A DNA stretch of 64,000 nt from Convolutriloba macropyga (taxonomy: Eukaryota), in the NCBI RefSeq assembly GCF_964194025.1, contig NC_134468.1, positions 72,230,001 through 72,294,000 of the forward strand, written 5' to 3'. Both the position numbers and the translations under genes were made by a program. This document shows, piece after piece, positions 13,761 through 25,335 of this stretch. Within the stretch, counting starts at the first letter, position 1. Every line of letters starts with the position of its first letter. The notes beneath the pieces are model-generated. The model was not told where the DNA came from. It saw nothing but the letters and a program-made list of their open reading frames with translations, and did not search any database.

Positions 13761-14120
13761 TCGTAATTGAGTTATATTAGCGGCTCAAGAAGGAAAATTT
13801 CAGGAGACCCGGTCAAGTTGAAGAACTGGCACTCTCTGACAACCCAGAGATCTTGTATCGATTCCTATTTCTTTTTCTCCTCCAAAATTAAAATTTGACG
13901 AAAACATGACAAGCCTAAGTAATCATTCTAGTAAGTCATCATAGACTGATTCATGTCACCTGTTAGGCTTGTCGTGCTTTCATCAAATCTAATTTTGGAG
14001 AAAAAAAAGGAAATAGGAATTGATGCAAGATCTCTGGGTTGTCAGAGAGTGCCAGTTCTTCAACTTCACGGGGTCTCCTGAAATTTTGCTCGTTGAGCCG
14101 TTAATATAACTCCATTACGA
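13761..14120. mobile_element. MITE-like foldback element with ~155-bp inverted arms, in the predicted intron
   Basis: 'tcgtaattgagttatattagcggctcaa...gttgaagaactggcactctctgacaacccagagatcttg...acaagcctaa' is mirrored by 'ttaggcttgt...caagatctctgggttgtcagagagtgccagttcttcaac...ttgagccgttaatataactccattacga', with a ~45-bp spacer. Confidence 0.85.
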
Positions 14121-15178
14121 GCCAGCGCACCTACCAATTAAAGTTGACCATTTCGTCCAATTTACCTCTTTAATCCCACAAAACCATTCTTAATACGTGT
14201 AGAAAGGGCCTTACTGGTGGGATATGGTGAAAAAGGAACGATTATACTAGATTGGTATATACTATATTATAGATACAGATACTAATAGATTATAGTTAAA
14301 TTATACTTTAATGAAACATTATATTTGGCATTGGACGTTACAATGCCTTTGTCTCAAAATTCCACGAAATAGCGCAGTAGTAATTAAAGTCTTTTAGTAG
14401 GGGGGGGGGGGTTTGGGGCTGACTCGTAATGTCAAAATAGCGATCGTTGAGCGAGAAAGCGAGGCAAAATGATTTACAACAGTTGTGCAGTACTGATTTG
14501 CCTTTGGAGTTATTTATGAGCTACGCTACATCACTTACACGCGGAAACACCAACATCTTTTCCATACTCCAGCCAGCATTACGATCCTTAACAACTTTTC
14601 CTGGAAATTTTCCTCAGCTGATAATTTACCCAATTATAAATAGTTTTCTACTAGTTGGCAATGTTTCACAATCTGGATAACCGATATTCCTCCCCCGGTT
14701 ACAAAAAGAATAATATCCAGAAGTTTAACTACCCGGGTGAGAAACCCAAATTCCCGCAGTTTGAAGTGAAGATTTTTTCTAAAATTTACATAAGAATTGA
14801 AACGAAAAGCTCTGAATTTTTGAAAAATTAATTTAAATCAAACAATTCCAATATTTACATAAAAAGGGCTTATAATGACCAAGCAATTAAATTTTTGCTC
14901 AAATGGGATCATTTTAATAATGCCATGTAGTTATAAATGGCCCTTAACATTTTTTTAATTATAGAAAATTTGTGGCTACATACTGAATGGAAATGTAGGA
15001 TAAGTAGTCCTAAAAATTCAAAAATGTTCACCATACGTGCACAATTATTTTTATTGTAATATTTTCAGCCGATGAAATTCGTTCAACATTGCACTGATGT
15101 TTAGAATAGCAACTATCCAGATTGCACATTGTAACTATAAACCCGCTCAATTTTCAAATTCAAATTCTTTGTTTTCAG

Positions 15179-16270
15179 AAACCTCTCGTTGACCAAAAGC
15201 TACCAGACATCTCTACAATTTCACCCGCTGGATTCCTCCAAGTTCCATCAGCCGGATTTGGAGATGCCAAGTTCTCCCGCAACAAATCCAAAAGCCTCCG
15301 AGAAAGCAAATTGCACAAGTCTGCGTCACCAATTGACGGCGCCAATTCTAGCCGGAAACGAATGAGCCTGGATCGATTTTTGACGAGTCAATGCCAGTAT
15401 TGTGTCGCTGAGTTGATGACCGATCCAAAAGGAAACACGTCATCCATCGTTCCAACGAGTCCAAATTTGCGTGGTGGACCGCAAGGTGGCATCTCTCCTG
15501 GTGGTGTTCCTCAAGGTTCAACATCACCAAAGCCTGGTACTTCAGCAGCACGCGAATTCCGTTCTGTACATATTCCAACTCTCCCCCATGAGTCGCACAA
15601 ATATTGCGATTTATGCGTCACAGAAAGTCTGGAAGCATCAACCCCAAAAACTATGACCAAAAACTCGTCTCAGAATAGTTTCAAAATGAAAAATGTTTCC
15701 ACTAATGACCAAAAACATTTGTTCAAAAATACATTTGTATATCAATCTAGTAGAGTTAGTGCCGTCACAAGAGACAGACTTACCTCGAAGCCAAGTTTTG
15801 AGAACAGTCAGTCGTCTATGGATCGATGCAACGGCAATCGGTGCTCCGACAAACGACGCTCAGCAAGCCACCTACGCTACCCTAAAAGTTCACCCTCAAA
15901 CAGTTTAGGCGGAGAACAAGCAACCGAAGCCGAGCAATTTTCCAACAATTATCTCTTAAACCCCAATGCCAACGTCAGGCGAACCCGGAGCACGCGTGAA
16001 CGAAGAAGGTCCCGACATTGCAATCCGAATGATCCGAATGGCGAGAAGAGGATTTCTCCGACTTCACCTCGTGGTGGAAGTTTCCGCGACAGACGAACAA
16101 GTACGAGTACTAGGAAGAAACTGAGTCCTCGTTTGACAAGTTTCGAAGACTTCCAAAACTTCAGTTTGCTCATGGCAGGTCACAAAGTGGAAATTCCGGC
16201 TTGGAAGAAACACGAAGCGTTTATGAAAACATTTTACAACAGTAGCAGAGATGCAGACGTTTCGTCATAA
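15179..16270 (+). CDS. Large terminal exon (363 aa) of an orphan, probably disordered protein with two CxxC motifs
   Basis: 1.1-kb stop-free frame with raised GC in an AT-rich context. Acceptor 'ctttgttttcag|AAA' at 15178; ends TAA TAA. Motifs QCQYCVAE and YCDLCVTE, plus many RxxS and SP sites. No family recognised. Confidence 0.8.
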   Translation, partial: KPLVDQKLPDISTISPAGFLQVPSAGFGDAKFSRNKSKSLRESKLHKSASPIDGANSSRKRMSLDRFLTSQCQYCVAELMTDPKGNTSSIVPTSPNLRGGPQGGISPGGVPQGSTSPKPGTSAAREFRSVHIPTLPHESHKYCDLCVTESLEASTPKTMTKNSSQNSFKMKNVSTNDQKHLFKNTFVYQSSRVSAVTRDRLTSKPSFENSQSSMDRCNGNRCSDKRRSASHLRYPKSSPSNSLGGEQATEAEQFSNNYLLNPNANVRRTRSTRERRRSRHCNPNDPNGEKRISPTSPRGGSFRDRRTSTSTRKKLSPRLTSFEDFQNFSLLMAGHKVEIPAWKKHEAFMKTFYNSSRDADVSS

Positions 16271-16889
16271 TAAACTTTAATCTCCTATAGGAGCTATAAC
16301 TCATAAACTCACTTATATTTTCACTGAAGTTAATTTGAATGATTTTCATTTTCTTTTTCTTATTTTGAAAATCATTTTCTGTATAAATTGAGCGGTTACA
16401 ATCTGAAGTTTTAGTGGGAAACTGTTTTTGATTTACACCCGCTAGTGGAAAATTCTGTAAGATTTGACGCAAAAATCACGAAAGAGAATTACGATTTGAC
16501 GTGAATTTGTGAAACAAAGAGGATGTAACAAATCCTGAAGATTTGTGAGCTCTGCGTCATTCTTTAGAAGTCGCCTTGAAACACTATTTTATGTTTTAAT
16601 ACAACCCAAACTGAGGTCCTAGACCTAAAGTAGGCATGTTCAGACCGTCCCAGACAAAAAATATCTATGTCCAGACAGTCCAAGACGGAAATACCTATTT
16701 CCCGACATTCGTGCGTTCAAAAAATTTCGTACTTTCATCATGCATTCAAAAGACCCTATGTCCAGACCTTCATGCCTTCAAAACACAAATTCATGCGCTC
16801 CAAAATTGAAAAATTTGTGCGCTCATGTCCAGAATAACGCATGTTCAAAATGGCCTATGTCCAAACTTTCGTGCGTTCACTTTCCTTTC

Positions 16890-17115
16890 CAGCGCGTGTA
16901 CTTGTGAACGCGCGACGTCACTCTGCTCCGTTCATTTTGGACTGGAGATATCGACTTTCGATCTGGCACCTCACCCTGGTAATGCAAAAATTGAGCCCTA
17001 TTTTGGAAGATTTCGAAAATTTAATTTTCTCATGGTAGGTCACAAATTGGAATGTTTATGAACTTATTTTTACAACAGTAGCTGAGATACGGACTTCGAG
17101 TCATAATAAACTTCA
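16890..17115 (+). pseudogene. Decayed tandem duplicate of the 3' end of the orphan exon
   Basis: 'ctcatggtaggtcacaaattggaa..gtttatgaac..ttttacaacagtagctgagatacggac..gtcataataaactt' matches 16168-16277 'ctcatggcaggtcacaaagtggaa...gtttatgaaaacattttacaacagtagcagagatgcagac..gtcataataaactt', with deletions and frameshifts. Confidence 0.8.
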
Positions 17116-17555
17116 GTCTTTTATTAGTGATCACATAATGATTGCAGTGGACTTAAGTTCATTGCTTTTTTAATCATTTTTCCAGCTTTCCAAGGTGTCA
17201 AAATGGAATCAGATTGGCTGTGTTCGGTGACATGCCCTTACCTAGTCCTAGGCCAACGGTTATCTTGCAAGATTATACAAAATCATACCACAGTCTTAAA
17301 AGACGTGCAAAATAACCGCCTTTCTTTCAAGATTCTTGCAAGAAAGCATTCTATCATGCATAATTATTACAGGACAACAGTTTTTTTAGGATTCTAGTTC
17401 AAATATTTAGAGCTACAAAAACAAATAGAGCACTTAGTTTTTGGAGTACTTTAGTGAACCCGGACTGAATGCCAAGTCTTAATCAATACTGAACAACTGC
17501 ATGCCATGGATCGGGACTGTATAAGGTGTCTGATCATGTCAATTTTTAGATTTAG

Positions 17556-18123
17556 CACGTCTTGAATCAATTCCTAAAACTTGGCAAGTCTTGGGTCAAT
17601 TCGTTAGCAGTTTTTTTTGTGTTTTTTCGTGTCGCAACAAAAAACCGCCACAATGACTAGCCTTCAGAACTCTCCAAAGTGAAAAAGAAGCACAAGAAAA
17701 CGTGAGCACGTACACAAATTTCATTTGACATAGAATAAAAAATATTTTCGACATCACCCAAATATACCAATCATGGCTTCTCCTTTTTGCGCATTGGAAA
17801 CGTTTTCTCAGTGAACACATGGGATATTATAAGTTGGTTGACGCCCATGTCAAAAATAGGTTCATTAGATTAACAAATTTCGCATAAAAATCTTACCATT
17901 TTTAGCTCAAGTTGAAATGCATTAATTAGCATCTTCTCAAAACTCTACTTTGCTAGTAGCATTACATTTACTTGGCAAGTGATTTGGTCAAGAATTGGCT
18001 TGAGACTTGCCATGTCTCAGACAGGACTTGACTCAAGATTCGCCAAAATTGACTGTGACTTGATTTAGGCTTGATCAAGTCTTGACAAGTCTTCTCAATA
18101 CGTAGGAATTGAAATAAGACGTG
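17556..18123. mobile_element. Putative non-autonomous DNA element with ~21-bp imperfect TIRs
   Basis: 'cacgtcttgaatcaattccta' at 17556 versus 'taggaattgaaataagacgtg' at 18103-18123. Subterminal 'cttggcaag / caagtcttg / gacttg' motifs occur at both ends. Confidence 0.5.
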
Positions 18124-20047
18124 ACCTGTGGTGACTTGCCATTTCAAGACGTGTGTTTCATTGCGGAAGTACTGATGAAGACTTGAAACTCATTCCAGGG
18201 AATCGGGAAAACTCAGTGGTGACCAAGTTAAACGAAACCTGATGACCATGACCCAACCCTGTATGATCTTGAATCTCGTGAAAAAACTAGAAATCATGAA
18301 TGAAAATTTTAATAACCCAGCACTTCCTTAACATCTTGACAAGATCTTGAAAATTTCCAGTAAATATGGTAAAATTGAATGCCAATTGCTAAACTTTGAT
18401 TTTTGCACCCTCATTAGACTAATAGAAAAATTAAAAGGATGCTTCGCAATGAATTTGGAGATATAGAAATTGAAACAACAAAGGAAAGGGCCGAGCAAAA
18501 GTCGGAGATCGATACTAACTATGAACTCAATTTTAGTCCTATGGATTGTTTTAACCATTTCTTAAACACTTGCAAGGACCTTGAATGTTTGAACTTATCA
18601 TAATGTATTTTTACTTGTACAACAGAAAATTCTTTACACAATAAAAAATTTTCAATTTTTCTATTTTCAGAAATTCAGGACTATAAATTTTCGGTTTTCA
18701 GGCAGCACTAAAAAACTTAGAGCTAACAGTCAGCAGCATTTGAATAATTCTAATAGTTCGTATTGAAAAATCTTTTTCATTTTGATTTTTCTAGGAAACT
18801 CGGGTTTACCTGAATTTGTTCCAAAATACTAAAGATTTGCTTAGTTCAGCAAAATATAATCATTGCACTGAACCAATTTGGAACATCATATTAGCAAATT
18901 TTGCTGAAAAAGAGGCATAAAAGTACTTAAAGTATGACATCGAAGATTTGTTTTCATGATTAAGTGTGACAAGACAAACTGAAAGTCTAAAGTTTAAAAG
19001 AAGGAGAGATTGATTTGCTATTGATGCTATTTGAATTGATATTCGAATTTTGAAATTGACGCTCTGCCTTCTAAATCTTTGAAGTCAACAATTATTCTCC
19101 TAATTTCTAGTACTTTCCTTCAATATTTTTCTGCTGAATATTTTTCTTCTTTAGTTGGCTTGTTGTTTTATTCAGTTTTTTTATTGAGTATTCCAATTGC
19201 AGAAGTTTGAAACAGCCGGGAGTTCCACTAATAAGACTTTTGTTTTCAAAGCTTCCTTTAGATTGCTCCAAACGATACAGAATGAAGATTATATATAGCT
19301 TAAATGCCACAAATTAATTGTCTTGATAATTCTTTTTTGAAGTTATTCTGGTACGTTGGTGGCCTTAATAAAAAATTGTAAAATTTTGGGAGAATTGAGA
19401 TTTTAGAAATTATATAAATGGCATTTTGTGTTGTGAAGTAAGCCCCTTTGTTATTTGTCCACCAATTTTCATCAGTTTTTGTCGCTTTTCACCGTCTTCA
19501 GCGCTTGTCCCTCAAATAAATACTGAATCACACAACAGAGACCTCAACTTTAGGATCCTCAAGAAATAATCGCGCAATACTTTTTATAAATATTATCCCG
19601 AGTTGTATCATAAAACAACATTACCGATTTAATGGCATTTCGTAATTCAAAAATAACAAAGTAAAATATATAATGCGTAATAGTTCTCATTTTACGTTTT
19701 TAGAATACATAGTGCTCCTCGAGATGTGACTGTCGAAAAATGCATCTGTCAAACGAAACTATAAATGTGTGAATTCAGTTTAGTCGTCATTTCTGATTTA
19801 TAAGCTGTATTCAAATTTTGGAACTCAGTTAATAACTGGCGGCTGCGATGCTCTTTAAATATACCCTTAACTGTTTTTTCACCCATTTAACAATGATAAC
19901 TATTCTTTTTTTGGTTTTCGGCCTAACTCCCTTTTGGCAAAATCGACTATCACATCTCTATATATACCAATTTGCTTTTGCAAAATTTGTTCGAAATCTG
20001 TTTGATGGTGTACAAAAAGTGCAAAATTAAGACACTATAGAAGTCAC

Positions 20048-20360
20048 TCAAATAAATTTGTGAACAATTTCGTCCTCTCCAAATGTCTTTCTAGTCTTGG
20101 CATCGTATTTTTCAGCCATTTCCTTTGAGAACTTGCTTGTCCAGCCGTTCATTTGACCTTTATTGATCATGTCCTTCTCTATACCGTCTTTTTCGTACCT
20201 AGTCTTCATTGAGTCAACCGACGTTGCAGCTTTCAGAGCTGCGCAGGCCTCTGATGTCATTGGTTCGAGACTGAGGAAGGCACTTATTTTTGACAAGGTT
20301 TCTTCAAAATTTTGGTGTAGGTCTTCGTAGTGGATCATGAGGTTGTTGTCAGGATACTCT
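20048..20360 (-). CDS. Cytosolic-type sulfotransferase paralog A, exon 2 (terminal)
   Basis: Acceptor 'ctgatttcag|A' at 20361/20360. Encodes (R)EYPDNNLMIHYEDL...INKGQMNGW...HKFI*, containing the SULT 'YEDL' motif. The spliced CDS is 873 nt (290 aa). Confidence 0.92.
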
Positions 20361-20851
20361 CTGAAATCAGAAACTAAAACTTTGAGCAAAATTGTTTTCC
20401 ACGTTTTAATCATAACTTTTTGAGAACTAAGATTAATTATCAAAATTATATATTTGCATTGATGTTTTATTGTTGGTTTGCATAGCATGAAACGAGCCAG
20501 GAGTAGCCCAAACGATTTGTAAACACTAGCTATGTAAAGAAATTTCGGTAATGCGTTTATCGGCTATCTAATGCCCGGTAAGCGTATTACATAGTCGATT
20601 TCTACCGAATTTAGGTAAACCAAAACACCTCAATCAGGTCTAACAAGGGTAATGATATATATAGTTTCTCGACTTGAGGATGCATTAAGTCTTTCTGTTT
20701 TGATAACTGAGCGAGGAAAAACCGGAAGTTCAACGAGTGAATAAAGCTTGAAAAAGTTGTTGTTGTGAACAGCCGAGAAAAGAGAGGATTTTTGGGACGA
20801 CAAGTATTGGGCGATAACTCGATATAGGCAAAGCCAATTTTGCTGGTGACC

Positions 20852-21196
20852 GGACAATAGATCGAAAGGACAACAGATCGAAAACAGAAAAGTTGGGACA
20901 ATAGATCAAAAATCAATCTCTAATCTCTGTTGGTTGAAATTGAGCATTATCTGCGAGCTGCAATATAATTACCACATTATGGCCATGCCTTGCGAGCCAT
21001 GGCAATGCCTTAGCGGCCCGTGGGACTTGATATGAATCTATCACAACCGAACAAAATATCACAACAGAACTTGTTATATGCTGTATAATAAATGAGCACT
21101 CAAATCTGATTGGCTCAAACGCAACTTGATCAATTTAATTTTCAATCTATTGTCCCAATTTTTGCTTTCGATCTGTTGTCTTTCAATCTATTGTCC
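20852..21196. mobile_element. MITE-like element with inverted, internally repeated ends, in the SULT A intron
   Basis: 'ggacaatagatcgaaaggacaacagatcgaaa..ttgggacaatagat' is mirrored by 'atctattgtcccaa...tttcgatctgttgtctttcaatctattgtcc'. Confidence 0.7.
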
Positions 21197-22355
21197 TAGC
21201 ACATCTATTGTCCCAGCCCATTAGGCTACATTGTCAGCTAACATTGTGTAGAAATTAGTGAAAGCCAAATAGGCCGTATAGATGGTACTTCAAAATCCAC
21301 TCGATACCTTAAGGTACTTTGTCTTAAGGTACGTGATAACAGCTTCCAAATCAGAGTAAAAACTTTTATAAATATATTGAGCATTTGCGGCATCTCAATT
21401 TATATCCGTCACCAAACTATGTCAACCTCTTTCTCAAAGTTTTCCCCAAACCTCCACCTATTTAGAAAAAAAATTGTTTTCATGTTCACTACTTTTTCCT
21501 CAGTAACGTTTGCCAAAATCTAATCATTCTCTCAGATATTTCCTTGTTGTAGAAATGGTGTAATAATTTGAGAAATAAATATTACCAGCACTTTATTGAC
21601 TCATTTTAGCGTAAAGACAATTGTTAGTGATACTAATGACTCATAGCGTTAAGTGGCTACTCAGTTTCTGTAATTGTGCTTTTAAGCTGTTCTTTCTAGT
21701 TTTGAATGATTCTGTTGTTTTAAAAGCCATGGTAGTTTCATGATAGTTATACCCAGGTTGATTCCATTTTGAAGCGTTTTACTAATTAAATGGAGTCTTA
21801 CGCTAATTTAGATCTTTTTAAAGTATATTGCGGATTTTCATACCATTTTAGCTCACTGTATTGTGTTATTGACTTTATTGGTAACTGAATTTCTGCCCAA
21901 TGCTCGTAGACATTTTCTATTACAACTTGAAGAGAGTTTTTTTGCGTTATAAAGCAGTTTTTTAAATGAAATTTGACAAAAAAATAAAGAAATTGAGTTC
22001 AGTTTTTTTAATCAATTGCATAGCTTCTCTATTTTAAAAACTAAGAAATGGTTCTGATTTTATTATGGCTTGCGTAGTTTTGTCAGAGCTATTTTATAAT
22101 CTCGATTATTTATGAAATCCTATTTTGTGTTTCTGTGTCTACTTTTTACTCTAAAATTGTAACTGATTTTGCCTTAATCCTATATTTAAATTACTTTTTG
22201 GCTAATTTTTCTTTTGTTAGTTCACTTAAGATTGTTAATTTCTCTGCTTTGAAGCGTGATGCCAGTAGATACTTGTTATTTGAAAGGCTGGTGTTTTTGT
22301 TGGTGGAGACTACTTCGAGTCGTTTCCGGAATTCTTCTGGCATTCAGTTACATAC

Positions 22356-22915
22356 CGGCATTTGTCCACCCATCCCTTAGTCCACTTCCACCAGCTGCCG
22401 TAGAACACTTTCTCATCCAGAAATATCTCGAGAAACTCATTCTGGTTGTCAGTCTTTTTGAACCCAACCAAAGTGGGTTCAGTTTGGTAGAACTTGAAGT
22501 AGCTCAATGCTGTATCTTTAGGGTTCCGAACCACGACTATGTTTTTCCTTTTGTGCGTGAATATTTCACGTGGCGCTAGGTGACTGGGCAGATGATTCTT
22601 CATCAACCGCGGCGATCGCGTCATCTGATAAGCTATTTCGTAACCACGACCTTGATCTGAGAAATTTATTTCCATATAAGGAAATATGTATCGCATACCA
22701 ACTTGACCAGTGTTTTTCAGCTCTTCAAGGCCAAAAATCATCCCTACAAGGATATTCTGAGTCCAAGTAGTTCCAGTTCTGGGATAAGTTGACAAGTGAA
22801 TGTCGTCCTCGCGACCTTGGAAATTCTTAGTTGCTAGAATTGATTCTTCTGTATAAGCTCCCTCGAAAAAAACGTCTTCAAAAATAAAAGAGTTCTGTAC
22901 TAATGGTGCTGACAT
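22356..22915 (-). CDS. Cytosolic-type sulfotransferase paralog A, exon 1
   Basis: Sulfotransferase_1 motifs: 5'-PSB loop TYPRTGTTW, catalytic His in KNHLP, 3'-PB RNPKDTALSY, and YGSW. Donor TGC CG|gtatgt is phase 2. Confidence 0.95.
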
Positions 22916-23687
22916 TATTGATATTTATACAGGAGTACTCTTAGATTAGTTGAGTGCAAAAATAAACTAAGTTTAAGTTAAATAACTGTAGCTTTTATTA
23001 TACAAGTTATTAACAAAATACGAGATTCAAGCGAAAGCTATGAGTGAGCAAAGATATGATTAATCATTCACGATAAAGAGCTGCAAAAGTAAATTTATCA
23101 AAACGAGTTTTGTTGGCTACACAAATAAGTCACCATCAATCTTGACTCTCAAAACTATTGTCAGCTTCGTACCCCGATTACTCCTAGAATTGCACTATCA
23201 TAAAAATATAAGTTAGACCAGCTGCATAATTTTGTTCATTTAGAACACTTTCTGAGCAAAATTAAGTTTGATTATATTAGAATGTCAAATAAATCAGAGC
23301 GAACATCTTCAAAGACACTTACAGATTTCCCTGAAATTGATTTCGAATTTCAATAAATATCCGCTTAGCAAACAATCCACTTCTTTGTTAGCTATTGATT
23401 TTGTGATTCGCTTCATTGAATTTTGTTTTAATAATAATAATAATAAATTGTTTCCATCAGTCAATAAGTAGTTTTTCACAATTACTTGTACAAATACAAT
23501 CACATATTTGACTGTGGGAGAGCACTATTGGGCCGATGGCCCGTTCTCAAGTGTCTCGTTCAGTTTATCTGGATGAAAGTGATTCAAAATGAAGAAAGAA
23601 AAAAAAAGAGGAAGCACTATTTCTCAAGGTAGCATTAAACCTACTGAAAACACTATTCTGGTTATGGAACGCCTTTGAGTTGTGATA

Positions 23688-25335
23688 TTAAAACTCATAC
23701 AACAGTCTGACTATGTCCTCATTACCCAAAATATAATTATCTAGATATTGATGACAGAAATTTTTTGTTTCGGCAGTAGACATGTTTTCAATCTTTTCTA
23801 TTATTTCATCATCGTAACCTAGAAGCATTCTTAAGACTCGCCTTATCCTAACTATTATTGAAAAACTGTGAAATAGATTTTTACCTTGCGTTATTTTGTT
23901 TTTAATCAACCGCTTGCTTTTTTAAGGCAATTTTGCATTGAGAAACCCTTTGAAATTGGTGAAATATTACATTGTCCCCTTATGTTTTTTAGTGTCTGCT
24001 TAAGTACCTCATTGGGATGTAACTCCGAGGCTAAATAGATCCTATGTTTTACTCTTTCTTCGTAAATGCTTTCAAACTTTTTTCGATGAAAAATTAGCCG
24101 CACGATACGTTTGATAACTTTGTCTATTTCCCTAATAGTTGTGATTGTTGTTGACCCGTATATCAGGACTCCGTATTGTACTATTGGCTGTATGTATGTT
24201 TTAAACGCTTTTATCATCTGTGATTCTCTCAAAACATTTCTTAGTTTATAAAAGATAGAACAAATCGACAAAAGTTTTGTGACCACATGCTTTGAGTGCT
24301 TTGTGAAACGTAGATCGTTATCTATCGTGATGCCCAGGTATTTGAAACTTTGTTTTTCTTCAATTTCAGTGTTTTTTATGAATGTTCTTGACACATAATT
24401 TTTTTGATTTTTCTTTACAAAAAGCATGCTTTTTTTTCCTTGTTCAGTGTTAGATTATTTTTTATGAGCCAATCATTGACGTTATCTAGTGCTCTGTCGT
24501 GATCATCGTCAATTTTCGATGCAGAACTTCTGCTCTTCACAACAGTGTCATCGGCGTATAAAATAACATTTGATTTTTTCTGGGACAAACTTAAGTCATT
24601 CATGTAGATAATAAACAACAGTGGGCCAAGAATTGATCCCTGTGGCACGCCTAGTTCTATAAGATTCAGTTTGGAATTTTTATCTCCAATTAAAGTATAT
24701 TGCGTTCGTTTGGACAAATATGATTTTAAAATGTTGTATATTGGACCACGCAGACCATATCTATAACACATTTGCAGTAAAATCTTGTGATCGACAGTAT
24801 CAAAAGCTTTCTTTAAGTCTAGAAAGGTGCATTTGGTTTTTTCACTGTTGTTGTGGAGATTTGATCTTATTTCCTCTATTAAGGTTGCTATGGCATCAAC
24901 TGTGCTCTTCCCGTGCCTGAAGCCAAATTGTGAATCTGAGAGTATTTCGAAAACGTTTAGGTAGTTTTGAATTCGATCAAATATAATCCGCTCAAAGACT
25001 TTCCCTATAATTGGTAGCAACGAGATGGGCCTGAAATTTGATGGGTCATCTTTATTTCCATTTTTGAAGAAAGGTATAACTTTTGCTATTTTCAAACTCT
25101 CTGGCTTTTGTCCAAGTTCGTTGCATCTGTTAAACAAGAGTTGAAAAGGAGCTGTTAAACAGTCAGAAACTTTTTTAATGAAAAAATAGTTCAAGTTATA
25201 GCAATCAAGACTAAATTTGTTTTTACAGTTGTTGATAGCGTACATTACGTCATTTGCAGATATCCATTTTAGAAACATACTTTGACTCTGGTTTTCTATC
25301 GTAACGGCACTTCTTGTTAAAAATTCTGCATTCAA
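23688..25335 (-). pseudogene. LINE ORF2 reverse transcriptase and C-terminal region, frameshifted
   Basis: Three overlapping ORFs (24415-25335, 23906-24427, 23688-23909) form one RT plus C-terminal domain, broken by frameshifts near A-runs at ~24420 and ~23910. Confidence 0.9.

Noticed and set aside
15122-15178. N-terminal extension of the 382-aa ORF, and similar extensions of the SULT exon ORFs (20361-20488, 22310-22355, 53465-53480, 54349-54359)
   Set aside because: These are intronic sequence beyond clear splice sites; paralog homology stops at the splice junctions.
22135-22770. Plus-strand ORFs overlapping SULT A, and antisense ORFs over SULT B, SULT C, the LINE and the orphan exon
   Set aside because: Shadow frames of real coding sequence.
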